Shown here: piece after piece, positions 1 to 9,237 of the stretch
How the letters are laid out: the number at the start of each line of letters is the position of its first letter
How positions within the stretch are numbered: position 1 is the first letter of the stretch
From: Escherichia coli
Lineage (GTDB): Bacteria > Pseudomonadota > Gammaproteobacteria > Enterobacterales > Enterobacteriaceae
DNA: 64,000 nucleotides
Direction: 5' to 3' (one strand)
Assembly: GCF_044647545.1 (NCBI RefSeq)
Contig: NZ_CP172818.1
Program-made: the position numbers and the translations under genes
The notes under the pieces: generated by a model
What the model was told of the DNA's origin: nothing
Databases searched by the model: none
The model's input: the letters and a program-made list of their open reading frames with translations, nothing else

Positions 1-579
1 TGCGCCAACCGCCTGTATGTGCAGAACGGCGTGTATGACCGCTTTGCCGAAAAATTGCAGCAGGCGGTGAGCAAACTGCACATCGGCAACGGGCTGGAGA
101 AAGGCGTCACCATCGGGCCGCTGATCGATGAAAAAGCGGTAGCAAAAGTGGAAGAGCATATTGCCGATGCGCTGGAGAAAGGTGCGCGTGTGGTTTGCGG
201 CGGTAAAGCGGATGAACGCGGCGGCAACTTCTTCCAGCCGACCATTCTGGTGGACGTTCCAGCCAACGCCAAAGTGTCGAAAGAAGAGACGTTCGGCCCC
301 CTCGCCCCACTGTTCCGTTTTAAAGATGAAGCCGATGTGATTGCGCAAGCCAATGACACCGAGTTTGGCCTTGCCGCCTATTTCTACGCCCGTGATTTAA
401 GCCGCGTCTTCCGCGTGGGCGAAGCGCTGGAGTACGGCATCGTCGGCATCAATACCGGCATTATTTCCAATGAAGTGGCCCCGTTCGGCGGCATTAAAGC
501 CTCGGGTCTGGGTCGTGAAGGTTCGAAGTATGGCATCGAAGATTACTTAGAAATCAAATATATGTGCATCGGTCTTTAA
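1..579 (+). CDS. gabD: succinate-semialdehyde dehydrogenase, C-terminal part (5' end lies outside the window)
   Basis: Open frame runs from window edge to stop at 577-579; translation is the aldehyde dehydrogenase C-terminus; immediately upstream of gabT as in the gab operon. Confidence 0.9.
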   Translation, partial: CANRLYVQNGVYDRFAEKLQQAVSKLHIGNGLEKGVTIGPLIDEKAVAKVEEHIADALEKGARVVCGGKADERGGNFFQPTILVDVPANAKVSKEETFGPLAPLFRFKDEADVIAQANDTEFGLAAYFYARDLSRVFRVGEALEYGIVGINTGIISNEVAPFGGIKASGLGREGSKYGIEDYLEIKYMCIGL

Positions 580-592
580 CTGGAGAACGCGA

Positions 593-1873
593 ATGAGCAG
601 CAATAAAGAGTTAATGCAGCGCCGCAGTCAGGCGATTCCCCGTGGCGTTGGGCAAATTCACCCGATTTTCGCTGACCGCGCGGAAAACTGCCGGGTGTGG
701 GACGTTGAAGGCCGTGAGTATCTTGATTTCGCGGGCGGGATTGCGGTGCTCAATACCGGGCACCTGCATCCGAAGGTGGTGGTCGCGGTGGAAGCGCAGT
801 TGAAAAAACTGTCGCACACCTGCTTCCAGGTGCTGGCTTACGAACCGTATCTGGAGCTGTGCGAGATTATGAATCAGAAGGTGCCGGGCGATTTCGCCAA
901 GAAAACGCTGCTGGTTACGACCGGTTCCGAAGCGGTGGAAAATGCGGTGAAAATCGCCCGCGCCGCCACCAAACGTAGCGGTACTATCGCCTTTAGCGGT
1001 GCGTATCACGGGCGCACGCATTACACGCTGGCGCTGACCGGTAAGGTGAACCCATACTCTGCGGGCATGGGGCTGATGCCGGGTCATGTTTATCGCGCGC
1101 TTTATCCTTGCCCGCTGCACGGCATAAGCGAGGATGACGCTATCGCCAGCATCCACCGGATCTTCAAAAATGACGCCGCGCCGGAAGATATCGCCGCCAT
1201 CGTGATTGAGCCCGTTCAGGGCGAAGGCGGTTTCTACGCCGCGACGCCAGCCTTTATGCAGCGTTTACGCGCGCTGTGTGACGAGCACGGGATCATGCTG
1301 ATTGCCGATGAAGTGCAGAGCGGCGCAGGGCGTACCGGCACGCTGTTTGCGATGGAGCAGATGGGCGTTGCGCCGGATCTTACCACCTTTGCGAAATCGA
1401 TCGCGGGCGGCTTCCCGCTGGCGGGCGTCACCGGGCGCGCGGAAGTGATGGATGCCGTCGCACCGGGCGGACTGGGTGGCACCTATGCCGGTAACCCGAT
1501 TGCCTGCGTAGCGGCGCTGGAAGTGTTGAAGGTGTTCGAGCAGGAAAATCTGCTGCAAAAAGCCAACGTTCTGGGGCAGAAGCTGAAAGACGGATTGCTG
1601 GCGATCGCCGAAAAACACCCGGAGATCGGCGACGTACGCGGGCTGGGGGCGATGATCGCCATCGAGCTGTTTGAAGATGGCGATCCCAGCAAACCGGACG
1701 CAAAACTCACCGCCGAGATCGTGGCACGCGCCCGCGATAAGGGTCTGATTCTTCTCTCCTGCGGCCCGTATTACAACGTGCTGCGCATCCTTGTACCGCT
1801 CACCATTGAAGACGCTCAGATCCGTCAGGGTCTGGAGATCATCAGCCAGTGTTTTGCTGAGGCGAAGCTGTAG
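593..1873 (+). CDS. gabT: 4-aminobutyrate aminotransferase (PLP-dependent)
   Basis: ORF track 593..1873, 426 aa; recognised as GabT; position between gabD and gabP. Confidence 0.96.
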   Translation: MSSNKELMQRRSQAIPRGVGQIHPIFADRAENCRVWDVEGREYLDFAGGIAVLNTGHLHPKVVVAVEAQLKKLSHTCFQVLAYEPYLELCEIMNQKVPGDFAKKTLLVTTGSEAVENAVKIARAATKRSGTIAFSGAYHGRTHYTLALTGKVNPYSAGMGLMPGHVYRALYPCPLHGISEDDAIASIHRIFKNDAAPEDIAAIVIEPVQGEGGFYAATPAFMQRLRALCDEHGIMLIADEVQSGAGRTGTLFAMEQMGVAPDLTTFAKSIAGGFPLAGVTGRAEVMDAVAPGGLGGTYAGNPIACVAALEVLKVFEQENLLQKANVLGQKLKDGLLAIAEKHPEIGDVRGLGAMIAIELFEDGDPSKPDAKLTAEIVARARDKGLILLSCGPYYNVLRILVPLTIEDAQIRQGLEIISQCFAEAKL

Positions 1874-1884
1874 CACCGCACCAT

Positions 1885-2020
1885 GCCGGAGGCGACGCTT
1901 TGCGGCTTGTCCGGCCTACGAGAATCCAGGTCGGATAAGGCGTTTACGCCGCATCCGACAATCTGTACGTGAACAGGAATAAATCTATGTCGGCCGGATA
2001 AGGCGGAGCCGCTCTCCGGC
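1885..2020. repeat. REP/BIME cluster (about three REP-like palindromic units)
   Basis: Imperfect palindromes of the GCCGGATAAGGCG...CGCATCCGAC type between gabT and gabP, read directly from sequence. Confidence 0.6.
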
Positions 2021-2109
2021 AAAAAGAACCAATAACAATTAAACGCGTGACCCGACGCGGGAAATGTCGGGGCGCTCTCCCAAGTGACACACTTTCGAGA
2101 GGATTCAGG

Positions 2110-3510
2110 ATGGGGCAATCATCGCAACCACATGAGTTAGGCGGCGGGCTGAAGTCACGCCACGTCACCATGTTGTCTATTGCCGGTGTTATCGGCGCAA
2201 GTCTGTTTGTCGGTTCCAGCGTCGCCATCGCCGAAGCGGGCCCGGCGGTATTACTGGCCTATCTGTTCGCCGGATTACTGGTGGTTATGATTATGCGGAT
2301 GTTGGCGGAAATGGCGGTTGCCACGCCCGATACCGGTTCGTTTTCCACCTATGCCGATAAAGCCATTGGCCGTTGGGCGGGCTATACCATCGGCTGGTTG
2401 TACTGGTGGTTTTGGGTACTGGTTATCCCACTGGAAGCCAACATCGCCGCCATGATCCTGCACTCGTGGGTTCCAGGCATTCCCATCTGGTTATTTTCCC
2501 TGGTCATTACCCTCGCCTTGACTGGCAGTAATTTATTAAGCGTTAAAAACTACGGCGAATTTGAGTTCTGGCTGGCGCTGTGCAAAGTCATCGCTATCCT
2601 GGCCTTTATTTTCCTTGGTGCAGTCGCAATTAGCGGTTTTTACCCTTATGCCGAAGTGAGCGGGATCTCAAGATTGTGGGATAGCGGCGGCTTTATGCCC
2701 AACGGCTTCGGTGCGGTATTAAGCGCGATGTTGATCACCATGTTCTCGTTTATGGGCGCAGAAATTGTCACTATTGCCGCCGCGGAATCTGACACGCCGG
2801 AAAAACATATTGTCCGCGCCACCAACTCGGTTATCTGGCGTATTTCTATCTTCTATTTGTGCTCTATTTTTGTCGTCGTGGCATTAATACCGTGGAATAT
2901 GCCGGGGCTGAAAGCCGTTGGATCTTATCGCTCGGTTCTGGAGTTGCTCAATATTCCCCATGCGAAATTAATCATGGACTGCGTGATATTACTTTCCGTA
3001 ACCAGTTGCCTGAACTCGGCGCTGTATACCGCTTCCAGAATGCTCTACTCCTTAAGCCGTCGCGGTGATGCGCCCGCGGTAATGGGTAAAATCAACCGCA
3101 GTAAAACCCCGTATGTGGCGGTATTACTCTCCACCGGCGCGGCATTTTTAACGGTGGTGGTGAATTATTACGCGCCTGCGAAAGTGTTTAAATTTCTGAT
3201 CGACAGCTCCGGTGCTATCGCCCTGCTGGTTTATTTAGTCATCGCCGTTTCACAATTGCGGATGCGCAAAATTCTGCGAGCAGAAGGAAGCGAAATTCGC
3301 CTGCGGATGTGGCTTTATCCGTGGCTCACCTGGCTGGTCATCGGCTTTATTACCTTTGTGTTGGTAGTGATGCTATTCCGCCCGGCGCAACAGTTAGAAG
3401 TGATCTCCACCGGCTTATTAGCGATAGGGATTATCTGTACCGTGCCAATTATGGCTCGCTGGAAAAAGCTGATAATGTGGCAAAAAACACCCATTCATAA
3501 TACGCGCTGA
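2110..3510 (+). CDS. gabP: GABA permease (APC family)
   Basis: ORF track frame 2047..3510; start placed at ATG 2110 (protein MGQSSQPHELGG..., GAGG-like RBS just upstream); 466 aa. Confidence 0.93.
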   Translation: MGQSSQPHELGGGLKSRHVTMLSIAGVIGASLFVGSSVAIAEAGPAVLLAYLFAGLLVVMIMRMLAEMAVATPDTGSFSTYADKAIGRWAGYTIGWLYWWFWVLVIPLEANIAAMILHSWVPGIPIWLFSLVITLALTGSNLLSVKNYGEFEFWLALCKVIAILAFIFLGAVAISGFYPYAEVSGISRLWDSGGFMPNGFGAVLSAMLITMFSFMGAEIVTIAAAESDTPEKHIVRATNSVIWRISIFYLCSIFVVVALIPWNMPGLKAVGSYRSVLELLNIPHAKLIMDCVILLSVTSCLNSALYTASRMLYSLSRRGDAPAVMGKINRSKTPYVAVLLSTGAAFLTVVVNYYAPAKVFKFLIDSSGAIALLVYLVIAVSQLRMRKILRAEGSEIRLRMWLYPWLTWLVIGFITFVLVVMLFRPAQQLEVISTGLLAIGIICTVPIMARWKKLIMWQKTPIHNTR

Positions 3511-3530
3511 TAATGATCAGGAGTCACACC

Positions 3531-4193
3531 ATGACCATTACCTCTCTGGATGGCTATCGCTGGCTGAAGAACGATATTATTCGCGGTAATTTTCAACCGG
3601 ATGAAAAATTACGGATGAGTTTGCTGACATCGCGTTATGCACTTGGCGTTGGGCCGTTACGGGAAGCTCTTTCGCAACTGGTGGCGGAACGGCTGGTCAC
3701 GGTGGTGAATCAAAAAGGGTATCGGGTGGCGTCTATGTCAGAGCAGGAGCTGCTCGATATTTTCGACGCCCGCGCCAATATGGAAGCGATGCTGGTGAGT
3801 CTGGCGATTGCCCGCGGTGGCGATGAATGGGAGGCAGACGTTCTCGCAAAAGCGCATCTGCTCAGTAAGCTTGAGGCCTGTGACGCCAGTGAGAAAATGC
3901 TTGATGAGTGGGATCTGCGTCATCAGGCGTTTCATACTGCAATTGTGGCGGGCTGTGGTTCTTACTATTTGCTGCAAATGCGTGAACGGTTGTTTGATCT
4001 GGCAGCGCGTTATCGCTTTATCTGGCTGCGGCGAACAGTGCTTTCGGTGGAAATGCTGGAAGATAAACACGATCAGCACCAGACCCTGACTGCGGCGGTA
4101 CTGGCGCGAGATACCGCGCGCGCCAGTGAGTTAATGCGCCAGCATTTACTGACGCCAATTCCCATTATCCAGCAGGCGATGGCTGGCAATTAA
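3531..4193 (+). CDS. csiR: GntR-family transcriptional repressor CsiR
   Basis: ORF track frame 3513..4193; start placed at ATG 3531 with AGGAG RBS at 3519-3523; 220 aa. Confidence 0.9.
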   Translation: MTITSLDGYRWLKNDIIRGNFQPDEKLRMSLLTSRYALGVGPLREALSQLVAERLVTVVNQKGYRVASMSEQELLDIFDARANMEAMLVSLAIARGGDEWEADVLAKAHLLSKLEACDASEKMLDEWDLRHQAFHTAIVAGCGSYYLLQMRERLFDLAARYRFIWLRRTVLSVEMLEDKHDQHQTLTAAVLARDTARASELMRQHLLTPIPIIQQAMAGN

Positions 4194-4643
4194 CTACTCT
4201 TCAGGAATACGCAACACTTGCCCCGGGTAAATTTTATCCGGGCTTTTTAGCATCGGTTTATTCGCTTCGAAGATTTTATTGTACAGATTAGCGTTACCGT
4301 AGACCTGTTTGGAAATGGCACTCAGAGTGTCGCCAGACTTAACGGTATAAAACTGGCTGGCAGTGGCTGGTGTCGCCGTTTTCACCTGATCATCGACACT
4401 GGCAATACCGGAAATATTCCCCACCGCAACAAGGATTTTCTCCTTCGCCTCCTGACTTAAGCCGTCACCCGTGACCGTCGCTTTGCCGTCGGCAATTTGA
4501 ATGTTCACTTTATCGGCATCAGGTATACCGGTTTTGTTCAGATGCTCCTGCACCTTCTTCGCCTGATCGTCTTTATCGTGCTGACCTGTAACCGCGTCCC
4601 AGAGTTTTTCTCCGGCATCTTTCACAAAATTGAACAGACCCAT
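4194..4643 (-). CDS. kbp: potassium-binding protein Kbp (BON + LysM domains)
   Basis: ORF track 4194..4670 minus strand; start placed at internal ATG (4643) with GAGG RBS; LysM-like C-terminus ...[11 protein letters not shown]. Confidence 0.9.
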
Positions 4644-4726
4644 AGCTACCTCATTCGTTAACGGAAACACTCAGAAAGTGTAGCAGAGGAACGCGGCGCG
4701 TTAACGCCGCGGGGGTGAGCACAGGT

Positions 4727-4885
4727 TTAATCGCGGGTTTGCACCCAAAACGCGTGAATCAAACCGGGGATATACCCAAGCAGTGTCAGCAGAATATTAA
4801 TAATGAACGCCCAACCGAACCCTTTACCGAGCAGCACGCCGAGCGGCGGCAGAATGATGGTGATGACGATTCTCCAGAAACCCAT
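4727..4885 (-). CDS. yqaE: small membrane protein YqaE (Pmp3/UPF0057 family), 52 aa
   Basis: Not in ORF track (below 60 aa); hand-translated minus strand: MGFWRIVITIILPPLGVLLGKGFGWAFIINILLTLLGYIPGLIHAFWVQTRD, stop TAA at 4727-4729. Confidence 0.85.
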   Translation of the reverse strand: MGFWRIVITIILPPLGVLLGKGFGWAFIINILLTLLGYIPGLIHAFWVQTRD

Positions 4886-5067
4886 ATGTACTCCCTATAA
4901 GAAAATTACTCATTGTTTAAAAAGAGATTTTATCTCTTAAGCGTAGTAATTTTAGCGGAGCCTGCCAGTTTCAGCTTACGCTTTTACTCTCATTTACGCT
5001 GCTGAGGCTGGTATATGTTGCATTTTTAGTTTAGAGTTTGCTTAATTTAGAAAATACTTAAATAACT

Positions 5068-5367
5068 ATGACTGAACTCGCGCAATTACAGGCCAGTGCC
5101 GAACAGGCAGCGGCCTTATTGAAAGCAATGAGCCACCCTAAACGATTGCTGATTCTGTGCATGCTTAGCGGTTCCCCCGGCACCAGCGCGGGAGAGCTGA
5201 CTCGCATTACCGGACTGAGTGCCTCTGCGACATCACAGCATCTCGCTCGTATGCGGGACGAAGGGCTTATCGACAGCCAACGGGATGCCCAACGCATTCT
5301 ATATTCCATTAAAAATGAGGCGGTAAATGCCATTATCGCCACCCTGAAAAATGTCTATTGTCCGTAA
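5068..5367 (+). CDS. ygaV: ArsR-family transcriptional regulator
   Basis: ORF track 5068..5367, 99 aa; helix-turn-helix ArsR-like sequence; precedes ygaP. Confidence 0.9.
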   Translation: MTELAQLQASAEQAAALLKAMSHPKRLLILCMLSGSPGTSAGELTRITGLSASATSQHLARMRDEGLIDSQRDAQRILYSIKNEAVNAIIATLKNVYCP

Positions 5368-5376
5368 GGAGTCACT

Positions 5377-5901
5377 ATGGCTTTGACAACCATTTCGCCG
5401 CATGATGCACAAGAATTAATCGCACGCGGCGCAAAGTTAATCGATATTCGTGACGCTGATGAATATCTTCGTGAACATATTCCTGAAGCAGATCTGGCTC
5501 CATTATCCGTGCTGGAACAGTCAGGTCTTCCGGCTAAATTATGTCGCGAGCAAATTATATTCCACTGCCAGGCAGGTAAACGCACCAGTAATAACGCCGA
5601 TAAATTAGCAGCGATTGCCGCCCCCGCAGAAATCTTTTTACTCGAAGATGGGATTGATGGCTGGAAAAAAGCAGGATTACCAGTAACGGTAAATAAATCT
5701 CAACCCTTGCCGTTAATGCGCCAGGTGCAGATCGCTGCGGGTGGTTTAATATTAATCGGCGTTATACTGGGTTATACCGTAAATAGCGGTTTCTTCTTAT
5801 TAAGCGGCTTTGTTGGTGCCGGGTTACTGTTTGCAGGAATTAGCGGTTTTTGTGGGATGGCAAGGTTGTTAGATAAGATGCCGTGGAACCAACGAGCTTG
5901 A
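5377..5901 (+). CDS. ygaP: membrane-anchored rhodanese (thiosulfate sulfurtransferase)
   Basis: ORF track 5377..5901, 174 aa; rhodanese domain followed by hydrophobic C-terminal segments. Confidence 0.9.
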   Translation: MALTTISPHDAQELIARGAKLIDIRDADEYLREHIPEADLAPLSVLEQSGLPAKLCREQIIFHCQAGKRTSNNADKLAAIAAPAEIFLLEDGIDGWKKAGLPVTVNKSQPLPLMRQVQIAAGGLILIGVILGYTVNSGFFLLSGFVGAGLLFAGISGFCGMARLLDKMPWNQRA

Positions 5902-5906
5902 GAAGC

Positions 5907-5944
5907 GACGCCGGACGCGCCATAGCGGCGGCATCCGGCCTCAG
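5907..5944. repeat. REP-like GC-rich palindrome between convergent ygaP and stpA
   Basis: gacgccggacgcgccatagcggcggcatccggcctcag read from sequence. Confidence 0.4.
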
Positions 5945-5947
5945 TAA

Positions 5948-6352
5948 TTAGATCAGGAAATCGTCGAGAGATTTACCTTCTGCCAGCGCCTGAGCGATTG
6001 GCTTCGGTGTACGGCCCTGACCGGTCCAGGTTTTAGTTTCACCGTTAACATCGGTGAATTTATATTTCGCCGGACGCGGCTGGCGTTTTTTACCAGCGCG
6101 TGGGGCGGCCGCGGAGCTATTACCCAATAACTCTTCCGGGTTAATTCCGTCAGCTTTCATCAGCTCCAGCCAGGTGCTAATTTTTTCCTGGCGCTCTGCC
6201 AGTTCACGCTGCTGCTGTTCTTCTTCTTCACGTCTTTCTTTAGTGACAACCCTGAATTTTTCGAGCATTTCTTCAAGAACGTCAATGGAGAATTCGCGAG
6301 CCATCGCACGGAGGGTGCGAATGTTATTTAAACTTTGTAACATTACGGACAT
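5948..6352 (-). CDS. stpA: H-NS paralogue, nucleoid-associated DNA-binding protein StpA
   Basis: ORF track 5948..6352, 134 aa; recognised StpA sequence ([33 protein letters not shown]...). Confidence 0.96.
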   Translation of the reverse strand: MSVMLQSLNNIRTLRAMAREFSIDVLEEMLEKFRVVTKERREEEEQQQRELAERQEKISTWLELMKADGINPEELLGNSSAAAPRAGKKRQPRPAKYKFTDVNGETKTWTGQGRTPKPIAQALAEGKSLDDFLI

Positions 6353-7019
6353 AATAAAGAAAACCTTTTAACGCCAAAACAAAAAAGTATTTCGTCGCGT
6401 AGTGTAAGCGATCACTTATTATATTTCCACAAAATTTAATCTATTTACAGTCCTGCGCGAGATTATTTCAGCTGTTATTTTCTGAAACTCTCAGAATAAT
6501 TTCAAGATTATATATTAGCCATTTTGATGAGTAATTTCGGTTATTTGTGAGCAGAGCGGCGCTCTCTGCTCGCTAATTCCGCAAGCCTGACAAAACAAAA
6601 ATGAATAAAAATGCAATTTAACCGAATAAATGGAAACACCCCTCACTGGTGCTTTCTGCTGTCAATGTACATTTTCTGGCATAAAAAATGCTGAAAATGA
6701 CCCGGTCACGACATACACCGAATTCTCTACGCTTATAGCGTTACCTCACCCCCAAACCTTCATGAGTGATAATAAAGGTAAACACATATCCAATTGATTT
6801 AATTAAAAATAAATTATATCGGCATGTAAAAATCCACAATGTACAAAAAACGCGCCGTTACGGAATATTTTATCTACAAAAACAGATTAAATAAAAATTT
6901 TTCACTAATTGATTAGTCATAGCCAGCGATATACGCTATGCGAAAATGCAGATGGCAATGAGATCCACTGCTTTCACCTCCATTAACATCCCATTACGCT
7001 TTTATTAAGGAGCATTAGC

Positions 7020-7469
7020 ATGTTCTCACCGCAGTCACGCTTGCGTCATGCAGTTGCAGATACGTTCGCGATGGTTGTTTACTGTTCTGTCGTGAACATG
7101 TGTATTGAAGTTTTCCTCTCCGGAATGAGCTTCGAACAGTCTTTTTATTCCAGATTGGTAGCGATTCCGGTGAACATCTTAATTGCATGGCCATACGGTA
7201 TGTACCGCGATCTGTTTATGCGCGCAGCACGCAAAGTTAGCCCGTCGGGCTGGATAAAAAATCTGGCGGATATCATGGCTTATGTGACGTTCCAGTCACC
7301 GGTGTATGTGGCGATCTTGTTAGTGGTGGGCGCAGACTGGCATCAGATTATGGCGGCAGTCAGTTCAAACATCGTTGTTTCGATGTTGATGGGGGCGGTT
7401 TATGGCTACTTCCTCGATTATTGCCGCCGACTGTTTAAAGTCAGCCGTTACCAGCAGGTAAAAGCCTGA
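7020..7469 (+). CDS. alaE: L-alanine exporter
   Basis: ORF track 7020..7469, 149 aa; recognised AlaE (YgaW) membrane protein. Confidence 0.93.
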   Translation: MFSPQSRLRHAVADTFAMVVYCSVVNMCIEVFLSGMSFEQSFYSRLVAIPVNILIAWPYGMYRDLFMRAARKVSPSGWIKNLADIMAYVTFQSPVYVAILLVVGADWHQIMAAVSSNIVVSMLMGAVYGYFLDYCRRLFKVSRYQQVKA

Positions 7470-7480
7470 CCCTTCTTTTC

Positions 7481-7503
7481 GCGACTGGCATCGCCAGTCG
7501 CGT
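7481..7503 (+). terminator. putative rho-independent terminator after alaE
   Basis: Hairpin gcgactggc-atc-gccagtcgc followed by GTCTTTAA, read from sequence. Confidence 0.5.
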
Positions 7504-7505
7504 CT

Positions 7506-7850
7506 TTAACTGGCTTCGCCAAATAAACCATTCAAATAACGTTCAAGCGCAACACGCGAACTAAAGCCATGTGGGATACCGTAATGCTCATGACGTTCAC
7601 CCGCTAAATAGAGCGGAAATTGCTGGTAATGATCGCAAGTTTTAATATCGGAAGCGGGTTCAGCCAGTGTTGAACTACGTTCTTTTAATGTTGGATGAAT
7701 CACCAGGGCGGTACGTCCCATTCGCGCTTCGCGATTAACATAGACATAATTTTCCCCACGGCGGTAACCATACGCTTTCTGGGTTACCACATCGACAGTA
7801 AAACCGACTTTTTCAAGTACGCGCGCCACCTCGTCTGGTCGTAAATACAT
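7506..7850 (-). CDS. ygaC: DUF2002-family protein YgaC
   Basis: ORF track 7506..7850, 114 aa; conserved position between alaE and ygaM. Confidence 0.88.
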
Positions 7851-8001
7851 ATTTGATCCTCGTTATTATCAACCGCGGGCCTACCTTACCTGATTGCGCA
7901 TTCACAACGCTTTCAGAAAAGTCCATAAAGCCGCGATGAACCTCAGTTAAGAAAATTATGGTCTACACTGAAAATTACATCGAATTCTAATGGGGGATCA
8001 T

Positions 8002-8331
8002 ATGTTTAACCGACCGAACCGCAACGACGTTGATGATGGCGTGCAGGATATCCAGAATGATGTCAATCAATTAGCTGACAGTCTCGAATCTGTATTGAAG
8101 TCCTGGGGCAGCGACGCCAAAGGGGAAGCCGAAGCCGCTCGTAGTAAAGCGCAGGCTCTACTGAAAGAAACCAGGGCGCGGATGCATGGTCGTACTCGCG
8201 TCCAGCAAGCCGCGCGCGATGCCGTTGGCTGCGCGGATTCTTTTGTTCGTGAAAGACCCTGGTGTAGTGTGGGTACAGCGGCAGCGGTGGGTATTTTTAT
8301 CGGCGCACTGTTAAGCATGCGCAAATCGTAG
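8002..8331 (+). CDS. ygaM: ElaB/YgaM/YqjD-family membrane-anchored ribosome-associated protein
   Basis: ORF track frame 7990..8331; start placed at ATG 8002 with GGGGGA RBS at 7992-7997; C-terminal transmembrane anchor. Confidence 0.88.
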   Translation: MFNRPNRNDVDDGVQDIQNDVNQLADSLESVLKSWGSDAKGEAEAARSKAQALLKETRARMHGRTRVQQAARDAVGCADSFVRERPWCSVGTAAAVGIFIGALLSMRKS

Positions 8332-8362
8332 TGCAAAAATGATAATAAATACGCGTCTTTGA

Positions 8363-8390
8363 CCCCGAAGCCTGGCTTCGGGGTTTCTTC
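8363..8390 (+). terminator. rho-independent terminator after ygaM
   Basis: ccccgaagcc-tg-gcttcgggg hairpin followed by TTTCTTC. Confidence 0.65.
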
Positions 8391-8584
8391 ATTATGCCCG
8401 GCAAAAAAACACAAAAATCCCCTACCCCGTTGAGCCATTCATCGGTGGCGTAATCAATCTAAAATTCCCATATCTTGTGTGGTTGAATCTTTTTTCAACT
8501 ACATCTAGTATCTCTGTATCAACAGAGAGACAACCCGACGCGTATCATCGCGCCGTATCTTCATTTTAAACGGAAATACGAATC

Positions 8585-8830
8585 ATGCGCATTACTATTT
8601 ACACTCGTAACGATTGCGTTCAGTGCCACGCCACCAAACGGGCGATGGAAAACCGGGGCTTTGATTTTGAAATGATTAATGTCGATCGCGTTCCTGAAGC
8701 GGCAGAAGCGCTGCGTGCTCAGGGCTTTCGTCAGTTGCCGGTTGTGATTGCAGGCGATCTTAGCTGGTCTGGTTTCCGCCCGGACATGATCAATCGTCTG
8801 CATCCAGCGCCACACGCGGCCAGTGCATGA
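8585..8830 (+). CDS. nrdH: glutaredoxin-like protein NrdH
   Basis: ORF track 8585..8830, 81 aa; CVQC redox motif; first gene of nrdHIEF. Confidence 0.96.
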   Translation: MRITIYTRNDCVQCHATKRAMENRGFDFEMINVDRVPEAAEALRAQGFRQLPVVIAGDLSWSGFRPDMINRLHPAPHAASA

Positions 8831-9237
8831 GCCAGCTCGTCTACTTTTCCAGCAGCTCCGAAAATACGCAGCGTTTTATCGAACGTTTAGGGCTGCCCGC
8901 GGTGCGCATCCCGCTCAATGAGCGGGAACGGATTCAGGTAGACGAGCCTTACATCCTGATCGTGCCCTCTTACGGCGGCGGCGGTACGACTGGCGCGGTG
9001 CCACGACAGGTCATTCGCTTTTTAAACGACGAGCATAACCGGGCGTTGCTGCGCGGCGTTATTGCTTCGGGTAATCGCAACTTTGGTGAGGCATATGGCC
9101 GCGCCGGAGATGTGATTGCCCGGAAATGCGGCGTGCCGTGGCTGTACCGCTTTGAACTCATGGGTACGCAAAGCGATATCGAAAACGTTCGTAAAGGAGT
9201 AACCGAATTTTGGCAACGACAACCGCAGAACGCCTGA
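8827..9237 (+). CDS. nrdI: flavodoxin-like ribonucleotide reductase stimulatory protein NrdI
   Basis: ORF track 8827..9237, 136 aa; 4-bp overlap with nrdH. Confidence 0.96.
   Translation: MSQLVYFSSSSENTQRFIERLGLPAVRIPLNERERIQVDEPYILIVPSYGGGGTTGAVPRQVIRFLNDEHNRALLRGVIASGNRNFGEAYGRAGDVIARKCGVPWLYRFELMGTQSDIENVRKGVTEFWQRQPQNA

Noticed and set aside
1265-1876. 203-aa ORF on the minus strand
   Set aside because: Antisense to gabT; shadow ORF.
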